Part shown: piece after piece, positions 37,010 through 45,334 of the stretch | Numbering within the stretch: position 1 is the stretch's first letter | Layout of the letters: each line of letters begins with the position of its first letter | Source: Candidatus Methanomethylophilaceae archaeon | Lineage (GTDB): Archaea; Thermoplasmatota; Thermoplasmata; Methanomassiliicoccales; Methanomethylophilaceae | Length of the DNA stretch: 64,000 nt | Direction: 5' to 3' | Assembly: GCA_944322255.1 (NCBI GenBank) | Contig: CALUOK010000005.1 | Location: 18,286 to 82,285 of the forward strand | The notes under the pieces: generated by a model | What the model was told of the DNA's origin: nothing | Databases searched by the model: none | What the model saw: the letters and a program-made list of their open reading frames with translations, nothing else | Program-made: the position numbers and the translations under genes

Positions 37010-38335
37010 TCAGTTCCCGACCAGCTCGGTCCCCGAGAAACTCATCGTCGGGACGGTGACGACGCCCATCTGCCTGGGGTCGTTGCCGATCATCTCGATG
37101 TTCCTGACGGCCTCCAGCATGTTGCCCATCAGCAGGGCGTTGTTGATCGTGTCCACGACCTCCCCGTTCCTGATGATGTAGCCGCACCTGACGTTCAGAC
37201 CGAACCTTCCGGTCATCTCGTCGGCCTCGGGCCAGGCGAACCTCTCCACGAATATGCCGCGGTCGGTCTGCTCGATAATCTGCTCCGGGGTGTACCTGCC
37301 GGGCTTCACGGTGACGTTCAGCGCCTTGATGACCGGGGTGCGCTCGTACGCCCCCTGGGCCTCCACGCTGGACCTGCGCATGCCGTTCCCGGTGCTGTCC
37401 CCGCAGAACGAGTCCCTGAGGAACGACCTCAGGACGCCATCCTCGATGATCGTCCTCCTCTCCGTGGGGGTGCCCTCGTCGTCGAACACGCAGGACAGCG
37501 GCGCGCGCACCGTGGGGTCGTCCACCACAGTGAACTGATCCGAGGCCACCTGCTGCCCGACGGAGTCCTTCCAGAGGCTCCTGCCGTACTTCACGTTCTC
37601 CCCGTTGACGGCCGCCACGACGGACGAGTTGGTCATGTCGCCCAGCTGCCCGGGCGGCAGGATCATGCTCAGCTTCTCCGAGCCCTTGAACTCGTGGCTG
37701 GACGCCGCGGCGTCGGCCTGGCGTGCCAGGGACTCCCCGATCGCCCGCAGGTCGATGTCCAGGTGGGTGCCGTGGTACGTCTCCATGCCCTCGCCGGGAT
37801 GCTCCCCGACGGTCATGGACGTGAAGTGCCCGTACACCAGGGTGCTCCTGTGGGAGCAGTCCACCCCGTTGCCGTTCATGACGCGGCAGTCGTTGGTGGA
37901 GACCCTGATCTGCGCCCTGGGGATGTTGACGGGGCAGCTGTCGATCAGCGTCTTCGCCATCTCCCTGAGGTCTTCGGGGGTGATGTCCTCCACCCTCCTG
38001 TCCCACACGTCCGGCATGGCGATCCTGGCCTGCCCCGGCTGCGCGTACCCCTTGAACTCCGTGCTCTCGGGGGAGTACCTCAGGACGGACTCCGCCATGG
38101 ACATGCACTCCCCGACGGAGGAGTCCCCGTTCAGGGTGACCGACGCCTTGCCCTGCCTCCCGCCGTCCGCTATGCGGACCATCAGGCCGGAGTCCAGCTT
38201 GGTCTCGATGTTGCTTATCTTCGAGTCGTCGATGTAGACTGTGTTGATCACCGCCTCGGAGACGTACACCTCCGACTGGCCGTAGTCCCTGGCGGCCCCC
38301 ATCGCCTTCTCCGCGTAGTATCCGATGTCGCTCAC
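37010..38335 (-). CDS. pmbA: PmbA/TldE family metalloprotease-associated protein
   Basis: PmbA_TldD family pattern over the full length. Start proposed at GTG 38335 in a GTGA overlap with the tldD stop. The rest of track ORF 37010..38815 is an off-target N-terminal extension, and ATG 38302 is an alternative. Confidence 0.8.
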   Translation of the reverse strand: MSDIGYYAEKAMGAARDYGQSEVYVSEAVINTVYIDDSKISNIETKLDSGLMVRIADGGRQGKASVTLNGDSSVGECMSMAESVLRYSPESTEFKGYAQPGQARIAMPDVWDRRVEDITPEDLREMAKTLIDSCPVNIPRAQIRVSTNDCRVMNGNGVDCSHRSTLVYGHFTSMTVGEHPGEGMETYHGTHLDIDLRAIGESLARQADAAASSHEFKGSEKLSMILPPGQLGDMTNSSVVAAVNGENVKYGRSLWKDSVGQQVASDQFTVVDDPTVRAPLSCVFDDEGTPTERRTIIEDGVLRSFLRDSFCGDSTGNGMRRSSVEAQGAYERTPVIKALNVTVKPGRYTPEQIIEQTDRGIFVERFAWPEADEMTGRFGLNVRCGYIIRNGEVVDTINNALLMGNMLEAVRNIEMIGNDPRQMGVVTVPTMSFSGTELVGN

Positions 38336-39741
38336 TGTCCTCCCCCCACGATCATCCTGGCGCGCATGTACGGGCCTCCGGAGGAGACCCTGACCCAGTC
38401 CTCTATGCCCTTGCCGCACATGCCCCCGTCGAGGACGACCTCCTTGGAGAGGGCGTCGGCGGATGACAGGATGTCCACGGACCTGCCGGTGAGGGTGAAC
38501 GACTGCAGCGGCTTGACGATCTCGCCGTTCCTGATGAGGAATCCCCTGAGGCACTTGGCCTCGAAGCACCCTCCGACGGGGTCCTCCATGCCGTTGACCA
38601 TCTTGTCGCAGAGGATGCCTTCCTTCGTGTCGGCGATGATCTCGTCCCTGTCCCACTCGCCGGGGCCGAAGTAGGTGTTGGTCATCCTGACCCACACCCT
38701 CTTTCCGTAGTTCTCGGCCCTGCCGTTGCCCGTGGGCCTCATGCCGAGCTGGGACGCGGTCTCCAGGCTGTGCATGTACCCGGTGTACACGCCGTGGTCG
38801 ATGATGGTGGTGCACGAGGACGGGGTGCCCTCGTCGTCGAACGGCACCGAGCCGTGGGCTCCGCGGACGGTGCCGTTGTCGTACATGGTGATGATGTCCG
38901 AGGCGACCCTCCTGCCGACGGCGTCGGTGAGGAAGGACCTCCTCTTGGTGATCTCGTCGCCCTCCGAGGCGTGACCCATGGCCTCGTGTGCCAGCAGTCC
39001 CGACACCATGGGGTCCGAGATGACTGTCAGGTTCCCGGACGGGGCCCTGTCGGCCTTCAGCGTCTCGATGGCCTCCCTGGCGGTGACCCTGCCCAGCTCC
39101 TCCAGGTCGGCGTCCCTGACGACCTCGAACCCGAGGGTGCTGTCAGGACCGTCGTAGTAGCGCTCCATCCTCTGGCCGTCGGCGGCCACAGACATGGCCC
39201 TGCACAGCGTGCGGACCTCCTCCCAGCTCAGGTCCGAGCCGGCGGAGTTGACGAGCGCGTTGGTCTTGACCTCCTCGGAGTAGGACCCGATGCGGTTGAT
39301 GATGCGGTCGTCCACCGCCTGGGCCCTGTCCAGGTCCTGGGCGGCGGCGATCTTCTCGGACAGGTCCACGGAATCCGGGTGGATGCGGACGTCGGCCCTG
39401 CGGTGCTCCCTGACCGTGGCCGGCTCCAGGACGAGGTCGGACTTCCTCTCGCCAGAGGCGTTCCTGACCGCCTGCTCCGCGGCTCTCATCACGGCGTCCC
39501 TGTCGAAGGACGTGGCGGTGCCGTAGCCCCACCTGCCCCCGGCCCAGGCCCTGAGGCACACCCCGCCCGTGCTCTTCTGCACCAGCTGGCGGATGTCGCC
39601 GTTCATGGAGCTCACACCGGTTACCCTGACCGTCTGGGACCTGGCGTCGGAGAACTCCGCGCCCAGGTCCTGCATCCTGTCGACGGCGTTGTGGAGGATG
39701 TCCTGGGCCTGCTCGGCCCTCGTCAGGACGGCCTGCATCAT
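38332..39741 (-). CDS. tldD: TldD family metalloprotease
   Basis: HEAMGH zinc motif and the GMCGKG C-terminal motif. Start proposed at ATG 39741 (MMQAVL) in an ATGA overlap with the upstream peptidase stop; the track starts at 39783. Confidence 0.85.
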   Translation of the reverse strand: MMQAVLTRAEQAQDILHNAVDRMQDLGAEFSDARSQTVRVTGVSSMNGDIRQLVQKSTGGVCLRAWAGGRWGYGTATSFDRDAVMRAAEQAVRNASGERKSDLVLEPATVREHRRADVRIHPDSVDLSEKIAAAQDLDRAQAVDDRIINRIGSYSEEVKTNALVNSAGSDLSWEEVRTLCRAMSVAADGQRMERYYDGPDSTLGFEVVRDADLEELGRVTAREAIETLKADRAPSGNLTVISDPMVSGLLAHEAMGHASEGDEITKRRSFLTDAVGRRVASDIITMYDNGTVRGAHGSVPFDDEGTPSSCTTIIDHGVYTGYMHSLETASQLGMRPTGNGRAENYGKRVWVRMTNTYFGPGEWDRDEIIADTKEGILCDKMVNGMEDPVGGCFEAKCLRGFLIRNGEIVKPLQSFTLTGRSVDILSSADALSKEVVLDGGMCGKGIEDWVRVSSGGPYMRARMIVGGGQ

Positions 39742-40829
39742 ACCACCGTGAACGAATGGTCGAAGGAGGTCAGGATCTCGCACCCGTCCTCGGTGATCAG
39801 GCAGGTGTCCTCGATCCTTATCCCCCCGACCCCGGGTATGTAGACGCCGGGCTCCGCGGAGACGACGTTGCCCGCGCGGAGGACCTGGTCGGAGTTGGGC
39901 GAGACGGATATGGCCTGGTGGACGTCCATGCCGATGCCGTGCCCGAATGAGTGGATGAACCTGTCCTTGAACTCCGACTCGTCGATGACCTTTCTGGCGG
40001 CCAGATCGGCGTCGCAGGCCTTGGCCCCGTCCCTGTACTGCTCGATGCCAGCCCTCTGGGCCTCCAGAACGACCTCGTAGGCCCTCTCCAGGATCTCCGG
40101 GGGCCTTCCCAGGAACACCGTGCGGGTCATGTCGGAGCAGTACCTGTCGTACTTGGTGCCGAAGTCGAAGAGCGCCGTGTCCCCTACCTTCAGCCTGTAG
40201 TCGCAGGGCATGTGGTGCGGCTGCGAGGAGTAGGCCCCGAACGCGGCGATGGTATCGAACGCGTTGCCCGTGCCGCCGAGCTCCCTCATGCGGGAGTCCA
40301 TCCTGGCGGCCACCTCCTTCTCGGAGACGCCCTCGGAGAGCATCCCCGGGATCTCGCCGGCCACGATGGAGGATATCCTGCAGGCCTCGCGGGTGGCCGC
40401 GATCTCCTTCTCGTCCTTCACGGACACCGTCTCGGAGATTGCCTTCCCCGCGTTGACGACCTCGATGCCCTCCACCGTCTTCTCAACGTAGCGGACCCCG
40501 GCGTACGTGGCGGAGCTGACGTTGAAACCGACCTTCCTGCATCCCTTCAGGGCGTCCCTGATGAAGTTGTCGCGCTCCTCACGGTTGTGGTACACGCGGA
40601 CGTCGCCGACCCCGTCGTGGGCGCCCTCCTCCTCGAGGATGCTGACGATGACGTCCAGGTTCCCGTCGGGACGCACGATGGCGAACGACCCCTCGAAGGT
40701 CCCCGACTTCTGCTCGGTCAGGTACCAGAATGTGGAATCGAGGAACGGCTCGCCGTCGTTGACGATGACGACGGCGTCCATCTCCTCCCTAGCGTTCGAG
40801 ATGAGCCTCTCGGCCCTTGTTTTAGGCAT
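39738..40829 (-). CDS. M24 family Xaa-Pro aminopeptidase/dipeptidase
   Basis: 363 aa. Creatinase-like N-domain followed by a pita-bread domain with the metal-ligand context FDFG..YDRYCSDMTRT, HSFGHGIGMDVH and IRIEDT. Confidence 0.85.
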   Translation of the reverse strand: MPKTRAERLISNAREEMDAVVIVNDGEPFLDSTFWYLTEQKSGTFEGSFAIVRPDGNLDVIVSILEEEGAHDGVGDVRVYHNREERDNFIRDALKGCRKVGFNVSSATYAGVRYVEKTVEGIEVVNAGKAISETVSVKDEKEIAATREACRISSIVAGEIPGMLSEGVSEKEVAARMDSRMRELGGTGNAFDTIAAFGAYSSQPHHMPCDYRLKVGDTALFDFGTKYDRYCSDMTRTVFLGRPPEILERAYEVVLEAQRAGIEQYRDGAKACDADLAARKVIDESEFKDRFIHSFGHGIGMDVHQAISVSPNSDQVLRAGNVVSAEPGVYIPGVGGIRIEDTCLITEDGCEILTSFDHSFTVV

Positions 40830-40934
40830 GCCCCATAATTATAACCAATATAGAAACACGTTCGCCCGGGACCTTCCGGGCGTGTGCCGAAGGGAGGGGC
40901 CCGGCCGTCTGCCGGACCCCTGTTTGATGGAACC

Positions 40935-41741
40935 TCAGATGCCGATCCACTCGTTCCTGACGATCCTCTTCAGAGCGGAGATGGCGGACATCGCGGCGAG
41001 GTAGGACGTCTTGGGGTTGTCTGGGGACGGCACGTTGAACGTGTGGCACACCATCTGGCCGAACTCGCCCTTGACCCTGAGCTCGTGGGAGTTGCTGTGG
41101 ATCGCGGGGTCCACCACGATGGTGACCTTGGTCTTGTCGAACCCCACCCCGAGGAGGGAGACCGTGGCGGCGACGTTGATGTTCTTGGGGAACAGCTTGA
41201 CGGCGTCCCTGGCTGTGCCGGAGAAGACTGTGGTGGGCTCCGTGAGTTTGTCCACATCGATGCCGTGCTCCACGATCCAGTCGACGCCCTCGAGGCTCTT
41301 CGGACCCTTCGTGGTTATGAGCTCGACCTCCTCCAGCTCCCCGACCGCGGACGAGCGGAGACCGTCTGTGCCGCAGATGGCTCCGGACGGGATGAAGATC
41401 TTGGCCTCCGCATGGGTGGCCTTCTCCTGGACCATGGCCCTGAACTTGTCGTCCACCAGAGCCCCGACGGACATGATCATGATGTCGACCCCCCTGGCCA
41501 CGACCTTGGGGACTATGTTCGTGGCCGCCCTCTGGGACGCGGCCTCTATGACGAGGTCTGTGTGGTACAGCTCCTCCTCCACGTCGTTGATGATGATGGC
41601 CTTGTTGAGAGTGGCGGCGAGCTTCTCGGCCCTGGGAGCATCCTCGTCCATGAGGTAGATCCTCTTGACCTCGGCCATCTCGTCGGCCGCCTTGGCGAGT
41701 TTGGACCCGATGGATCCGCACCCTACGATTGTTATGCGCAT
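40935..41741 (-). CDS. nadX: L-aspartate dehydrogenase
   Basis: 268 aa. MRITIVGCGSIGS Rossmann start and the C-terminal PDNPKTSYLAAMSA motif typical of the NadX family. Confidence 0.8.
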   Translation of the reverse strand: MRITIVGCGSIGSKLAKAADEMAEVKRIYLMDEDAPRAEKLAATLNKAIIINDVEEELYHTDLVIEAASQRAATNIVPKVVARGVDIMIMSVGALVDDKFRAMVQEKATHAEAKIFIPSGAICGTDGLRSSAVGELEEVELITTKGPKSLEGVDWIVEHGIDVDKLTEPTTVFSGTARDAVKLFPKNINVAATVSLLGVGFDKTKVTIVVDPAIHSNSHELRVKGEFGQMVCHTFNVPSPDNPKTSYLAAMSAISALKRIVRNEWIGI

Positions 41742-41845
41742 GAGGGCGTACTCTTGTTCAAAATATAATAGAGTTAGGACCCGAATCGTAGAGTTGGGAT
41801 GGTTTTCCTACGAAAATCGAAGATTTCCGACGATTTCCATAAGTG

Positions 41846-41868
41846 CCGGTGGGGGGTCGCCCCACCGG
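41846..41868 (-). terminator. 9-bp GC hairpin just downstream of the hcp stop
   Basis: CCGGTGGGG-GGTCG-CCCCACCGG, 18 nt after the hcp stop codon. T-rich stretches follow only after about 30 nt. Confidence 0.4.
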
Positions 41869-41886
41869 GTTTGGGAGGAAACGGCC

Positions 41887-43437
41887 TCACTCCTTTCCGA
41901 GGATCGCCGCGAGGTCGTCGTCCGGGTTGGAGATCGGGCGTATGCCGTAGTTCTCCACCAGCACGTTCAGGACCCCGGGCGAGACGAATGCCGGGAGAGA
42001 GGGTCCGAGGTATATGCCCTGGACCCCGAGGTGGAGGAGCGTGAGCAGGATGCACACGGCCTTCTGCTCGTACCAGGACAGCACCATGGACAGCGGCAGG
42101 TCGTTGACGCCGCAGCCGAAGGCCTCGGCGAGAGCCAGCGCGACCTTTATGGCGCCGTATGCGTCGTTGCACTGGCCCATGTCCAGGAGACGCGGGATGC
42201 CGCCGATGTCCCCCAGATCCAGGTCGTTGAAGCGGAACTTGCCGCAGGCGAGGGTGAGGACGACTGAGTCCGCAGGGGTCTTCTCGACGAACTCCCTGAA
42301 GTAGCTCCTGCCGGGCCTGGCGCCATCGCATCCCCCGACGAGGAAGAAGTGGCCTATCGCGCCGGACCTGACTCCGTCCACTATGGCACCGGCGTCGGAC
42401 AGGACGGCCTCCCTTCCGAACCCGGTTGTGTACTCCACCTTCCCGGCGACGCCCTCCTTGAACCCGCCCAGCTGCAGGGCCCTCTCGATGACCGGTGTGA
42501 AATCCTCTCCGTCGATGTGGACGGTGCCGGGATGGCACACCGGACCGGAGGTGAACACGTTGCCGATGTAGCTGTCCTTCGGGGGCATGAGGCAGTTGGT
42601 GGTGAACAGCACAGGGACGTCGATGCCGTCGAACTCGGTCCTCTGGTTCTGCCAGGCGGTGCCGTAGTGCCCCTTGAGGTGTCCGTACTTCGACAGCTCG
42701 GAGTACGCGTGGGCGGGGAGCATCTCGCCGTGGGTGTAGACGTTGATCCCCTTGCCCTCGGTCTGCTCCAGCAGGGCCTTCAGGTCCCTGAGGTCGTGGC
42801 CGGTGACGATGATCGCGGGCCCGGCCTCGATCTCGGTGGAGACCTTCACGGGCGCCGGGATCCCGAACGCCTCGCGGTTGGCGGAGTCCAGCATCTCCAT
42901 GCAGACGAGGTTGGACCTCCCGACCTCCATGACCATCGCCAGTAGCTCGTCGGCCCCGGCGTCGGACCCGATGGCCCTCAGGCCCCTGTAGACCGTCCCC
43001 ATGACCGAGCCGTCGGTCCTTCCCAGCACCGCGGCGTGGTACGCGTAGGCCGCCATGCCGCGGATCCCGAACAGGATCAGGGACTTCAGGGAGCGGACGT
43101 CCTCCTGGGCGTTCCACACCGACGCCATGTCGTATGGGGCGGCGCCTCCGGACATCTCCTGGATCCTGGAGGTCTGGGCGGCTATGTCGTCGGCGTCAAA
43201 GTCGACGTTGGTCAGGGTCGCGAACAGGGCCTTCATGACCGCGAGGTCCCCGTCCGGGCCGAGAGTGTCGCACCTCTTGGACGAGGCGAGCGACACGAGG
43301 GCGCCGGTCAGCCTGTCCTGGAGGTCGGAGACCTCCCGGGTCTTCCCGCAGACCCCCGCCTTGCCGGTGCAGCCCTTCCCGCCAGCAGTCTGCTCGCACT
43401 GGAAACAGAACATCGGTATCTCGGATTCCATGATCAT
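41887..43437 (-). CDS. hcp: Hybrid cluster protein (hydroxylamine reductase)
   Basis: N-terminal Cys cluster MFCFQCEQTAGGKGCTGKAGVCGK and full-length Hcp pattern. The track starts at TTG 43467; candidate ATG starts are 43437, 43431 and 43413. Confidence 0.9.
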   Translation of the reverse strand: MIMESEIPMFCFQCEQTAGGKGCTGKAGVCGKTREVSDLQDRLTGALVSLASSKRCDTLGPDGDLAVMKALFATLTNVDFDADDIAAQTSRIQEMSGGAAPYDMASVWNAQEDVRSLKSLILFGIRGMAAYAYHAAVLGRTDGSVMGTVYRGLRAIGSDAGADELLAMVMEVGRSNLVCMEMLDSANREAFGIPAPVKVSTEIEAGPAIIVTGHDLRDLKALLEQTEGKGINVYTHGEMLPAHAYSELSKYGHLKGHYGTAWQNQRTEFDGIDVPVLFTTNCLMPPKDSYIGNVFTSGPVCHPGTVHIDGEDFTPVIERALQLGGFKEGVAGKVEYTTGFGREAVLSDAGAIVDGVRSGAIGHFFLVGGCDGARPGRSYFREFVEKTPADSVVLTLACGKFRFNDLDLGDIGGIPRLLDMGQCNDAYGAIKVALALAEAFGCGVNDLPLSMVLSWYEQKAVCILLTLLHLGVQGIYLGPSLPAFVSPGVLNVLVENYGIRPISNPDDDLAAILGKE

Positions 43438-43474
43438 TACCTCCACGTTTGACGTGTGCCTGTTCAATCATCGT

Positions 43475-43488
43475 GTTATTAATATAAC
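43475..43488. promoter_or_regulatory. 5-4-5 palindrome GTTAT-TAAT-ATAAC in the hcp/crp divergent region
   Basis: Perfect inverted repeat with CRP/FNR-like 5-N4-5 geometry. It is also AT-rich enough to be a TATA box. Confidence 0.4.
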
Positions 43489-43494
43489 TGAAAC

Positions 43495-43508
43495 GTTGTT
43501 TTAACAAC
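43495..43508. promoter_or_regulatory. 6-2-6 palindrome GTTGTT-TT-AACAAC
   Basis: Perfect 6-bp arms, 8 nt upstream of the Crp/Fnr gene ATG. Confidence 0.3.
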
Positions 43509-43515
43509 AGATACG

Positions 43516-44172
43516 ATGAGAGGAAGGACACTCATACTCAGGAACACAGGGCTCTTCGAGGGGATCGAGGACGAAGAGATGGAGACCATGCTGAAGTGCC
43601 TCGGCGCGTTCACCCGCAGGTACGCGAAGGACGAGTTCCTGTTCCGCCGCGGCGACCGCACGGACTGCCTGGGAGTGATCCTCAGCGGGAGCGTCAGGGA
43701 GGTCCGCGAGGACTGGTGGGGCAACAGGACCGTCCTGGCGGACGTCGGGAAGGAGCAGGTCATCTGCACCGACTACGCCTGCACCTCCGACCCCCTGGAC
43801 ATAAGCATCGTCGCCACCGAGCCCACGGAGGTCATGTTCCTAGACGTGGGCCGGGCCGCCAACGTGTGCAACTCGTCCTGCGAGTTCCACAACCGCCTGG
43901 TGAAGAACCTCATGAGGAGCCTGGCCGGGATGTCACTGGGCATGAACCGCAGGCTGGACCAGCTGTCCAAGAGGTCCACGAGGGAGAAGATCTGCGCTTT
44001 CCTCTCGGACCAGGCCCGCGCCGCCGGATCCAGCGACTTCGTCATCGGCATGAACCGCCAGGAGATGGCCGACTACCTGGGGGTGGACAGGAGCGCCATG
44101 TCCACCGAGCTGGGCAGGATGCAGCGCGAGGGCATCCTGGAGTTCCAGAAGAACCACTTCGTCCTGAAGTGA
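43516..44172 (+). CDS. Crp/Fnr family transcriptional regulator (HcpR-like by position)
   Basis: 218 aa. N-terminal cNMP-binding-like beta-barrel and a C-terminal HTH (MNRQEMADYLGVDRSAMSTELGRMQREG). Divergent from hcp. Confidence 0.85.
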   Translation: MRGRTLILRNTGLFEGIEDEEMETMLKCLGAFTRRYAKDEFLFRRGDRTDCLGVILSGSVREVREDWWGNRTVLADVGKEQVICTDYACTSDPLDISIVATEPTEVMFLDVGRAANVCNSSCEFHNRLVKNLMRSLAGMSLGMNRRLDQLSKRSTREKICAFLSDQARAAGSSDFVIGMNRQEMADYLGVDRSAMSTELGRMQREGILEFQKNHFVLK

Positions 44173-44811
44173 TCGGCGGAGGCCGTCCCACTCGGCCATG
44201 AACTCGTCCAGGAACCCGACCATGTAGTCGTGGCGGGCGGCGGCCATGCGCCTGGCGGCGTCCGTGTTCATCATGTCCTTCAGGAGCAGCAGCTTCTCGT
44301 GGAAGTGGTTGACCGAGGTCCCCTCGTTGCTGCGGTACTGGGCCTCGTCCATCCCCAGCCTCGGTCCCTCGCCCGGCACGTGCATGGCGCGGCCGCGGCT
44401 CCCGCCGTAGGCGAAGGCCCTGGCGATGCCGATGGCCCCGATCGCATCCATGCGGTCCGCGTCCTGGACTATCATCCCCTCCAGGGTGTCGGGGGCCACG
44501 GAGTCCGTCCCCTTGAACGACACCTGAGAGATTATGCGGACGACCCTCTCCTGCATCTCCGCGGGGATGCCCTCGGATTCCATCAAGCGACGGGCGTTGG
44601 CGTGACCGTTGTCGCCGAACAGCTTCACGTCATCGGCGTCGTGGAGCAGCGCCGCCAGCCTGACCACGTCCGTGTCGCCGCCCTCCTCGCGGCATATCGC
44701 GACCGCCAGGTCGTGAACGCGCACCGTGTGCCATATGTCGTGACCGCTGCTGTCGCCTTCGAACAGCCCTGCGACGAATGCCCTCGCGCGGGCGAACACC
44801 TGATCGTCCAT
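43933..44811 (-). CDS. HD-domain phosphohydrolase (YedJ/YpgQ-like) with an 82-aa non-homologous C-terminal run-on
   Basis: HD motif (GHDIWHTVRVH ... LLHDADD) and DADRMDAIGAIG. The family-like sequence ends at ...FMAEWDG (about 44182), but the first stop is at 43933, inside the crp gene. Confidence 0.8.
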   Translation of the reverse strand: MDDQVFARARAFVAGLFEGDSSGHDIWHTVRVHDLAVAICREEGGDTDVVRLAALLHDADDVKLFGDNGHANARRLMESEGIPAEMQERVVRIISQVSFKGTDSVAPDTLEGMIVQDADRMDAIGAIGIARAFAYGGSRGRAMHVPGEGPRLGMDEAQYRSNEGTSVNHFHEKLLLLKDMMNTDAARRMAAARHDYMVGFLDEFMAEWDGLRRSLQDEVVLLELQDALALHPAQLGGHGAPVHPQVVGHLLAVHADDEVAGSGGAGLVREESADLLPRGPLGQLVQPAVHAQ

Positions 44812-44884
44812 GCACCCGGGATGACGGCATGGGATATCATCCCGCGCCCGCCACCATTATCATGTACGCGCGTGATGACGGTCC

Positions 44885-45292
44885 ATGGAGAGGTACATCC
44901 TGGTCGACCACACCGCGGACATGATGGTCAGGGCCTTCGGCGACACCCTGGAGGAATGCTTCGGCAACGCAGCCTACGCCCTGTTCGACCAGACCGTGGA
45001 CCTGTCGGACATCGGCACGTCGGAGGAGACGGAGTTCCGCGTCACCGGCATCGACGACGAGGACCGCCTGTACTCCTTCCTGTCGGAGCTGCTGTTCATC
45101 GAGGACTGCGACAACCTCATCCTGAAGGAGTTCGACGTGTCCTTCGACGGTGACGATGTCGTGTGCAGGGCCAGGGGCGAGACCCTGGACCGCACCCGCC
45201 ACAGGGTGAGGTCGGAGGTCAAGGCGGTGACGTACCACATGATGGAGATCGACCGCGACACCCCGTCGGTGACTGTGCTGTTCGACGTCTGA
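44885..45292 (+). CDS. Archease
   Basis: 135 aa. DHTADMMVRAFGDTLEECFGNAA and the KAVTYH motif typical of archease. Confidence 0.9.
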   Translation: MERYILVDHTADMMVRAFGDTLEECFGNAAYALFDQTVDLSDIGTSEETEFRVTGIDDEDRLYSFLSELLFIEDCDNLILKEFDVSFDGDDVVCRARGETLDRTRHRVRSEVKAVTYHMMEIDRDTPSVTVLFDV

Positions 45293-45334
45293 CCCCCATA
45301 ATCATAATTTATAGCAGAGACCATTCCGCGGGAC

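Noticed and set aside
34479-38674. Long shadow ORFs 34479..36806 (minus, 775 aa) and 36995..38674 (plus, 559 aa), with similar ones at 16373..18262, 21441..22910, 48872..50473, 55212..57032 and the first 1290 nt of 57805..59718
   Set aside because: These are Arg/Gly/Pro/His-rich junk overlapping well-supported genes (ilvC, the GltS fusion, PmbA, CoADR, echA, rio1/pus10, polB and the MFS gene). Only the last 624 nt of 57805..59718 (L15e) is real.
30296-41835. Additional copies of the TTTCGA-type motif (GGATTTCGATAT near 30300; ACGAAAATCGAAGATTTCC near 41811-41830) as evidence for a window-wide regulon
   Set aside because: These are only partial matches. CGAAA is the generic archaeal BRE core, so such hits are expected in any AT-rich promoter region.
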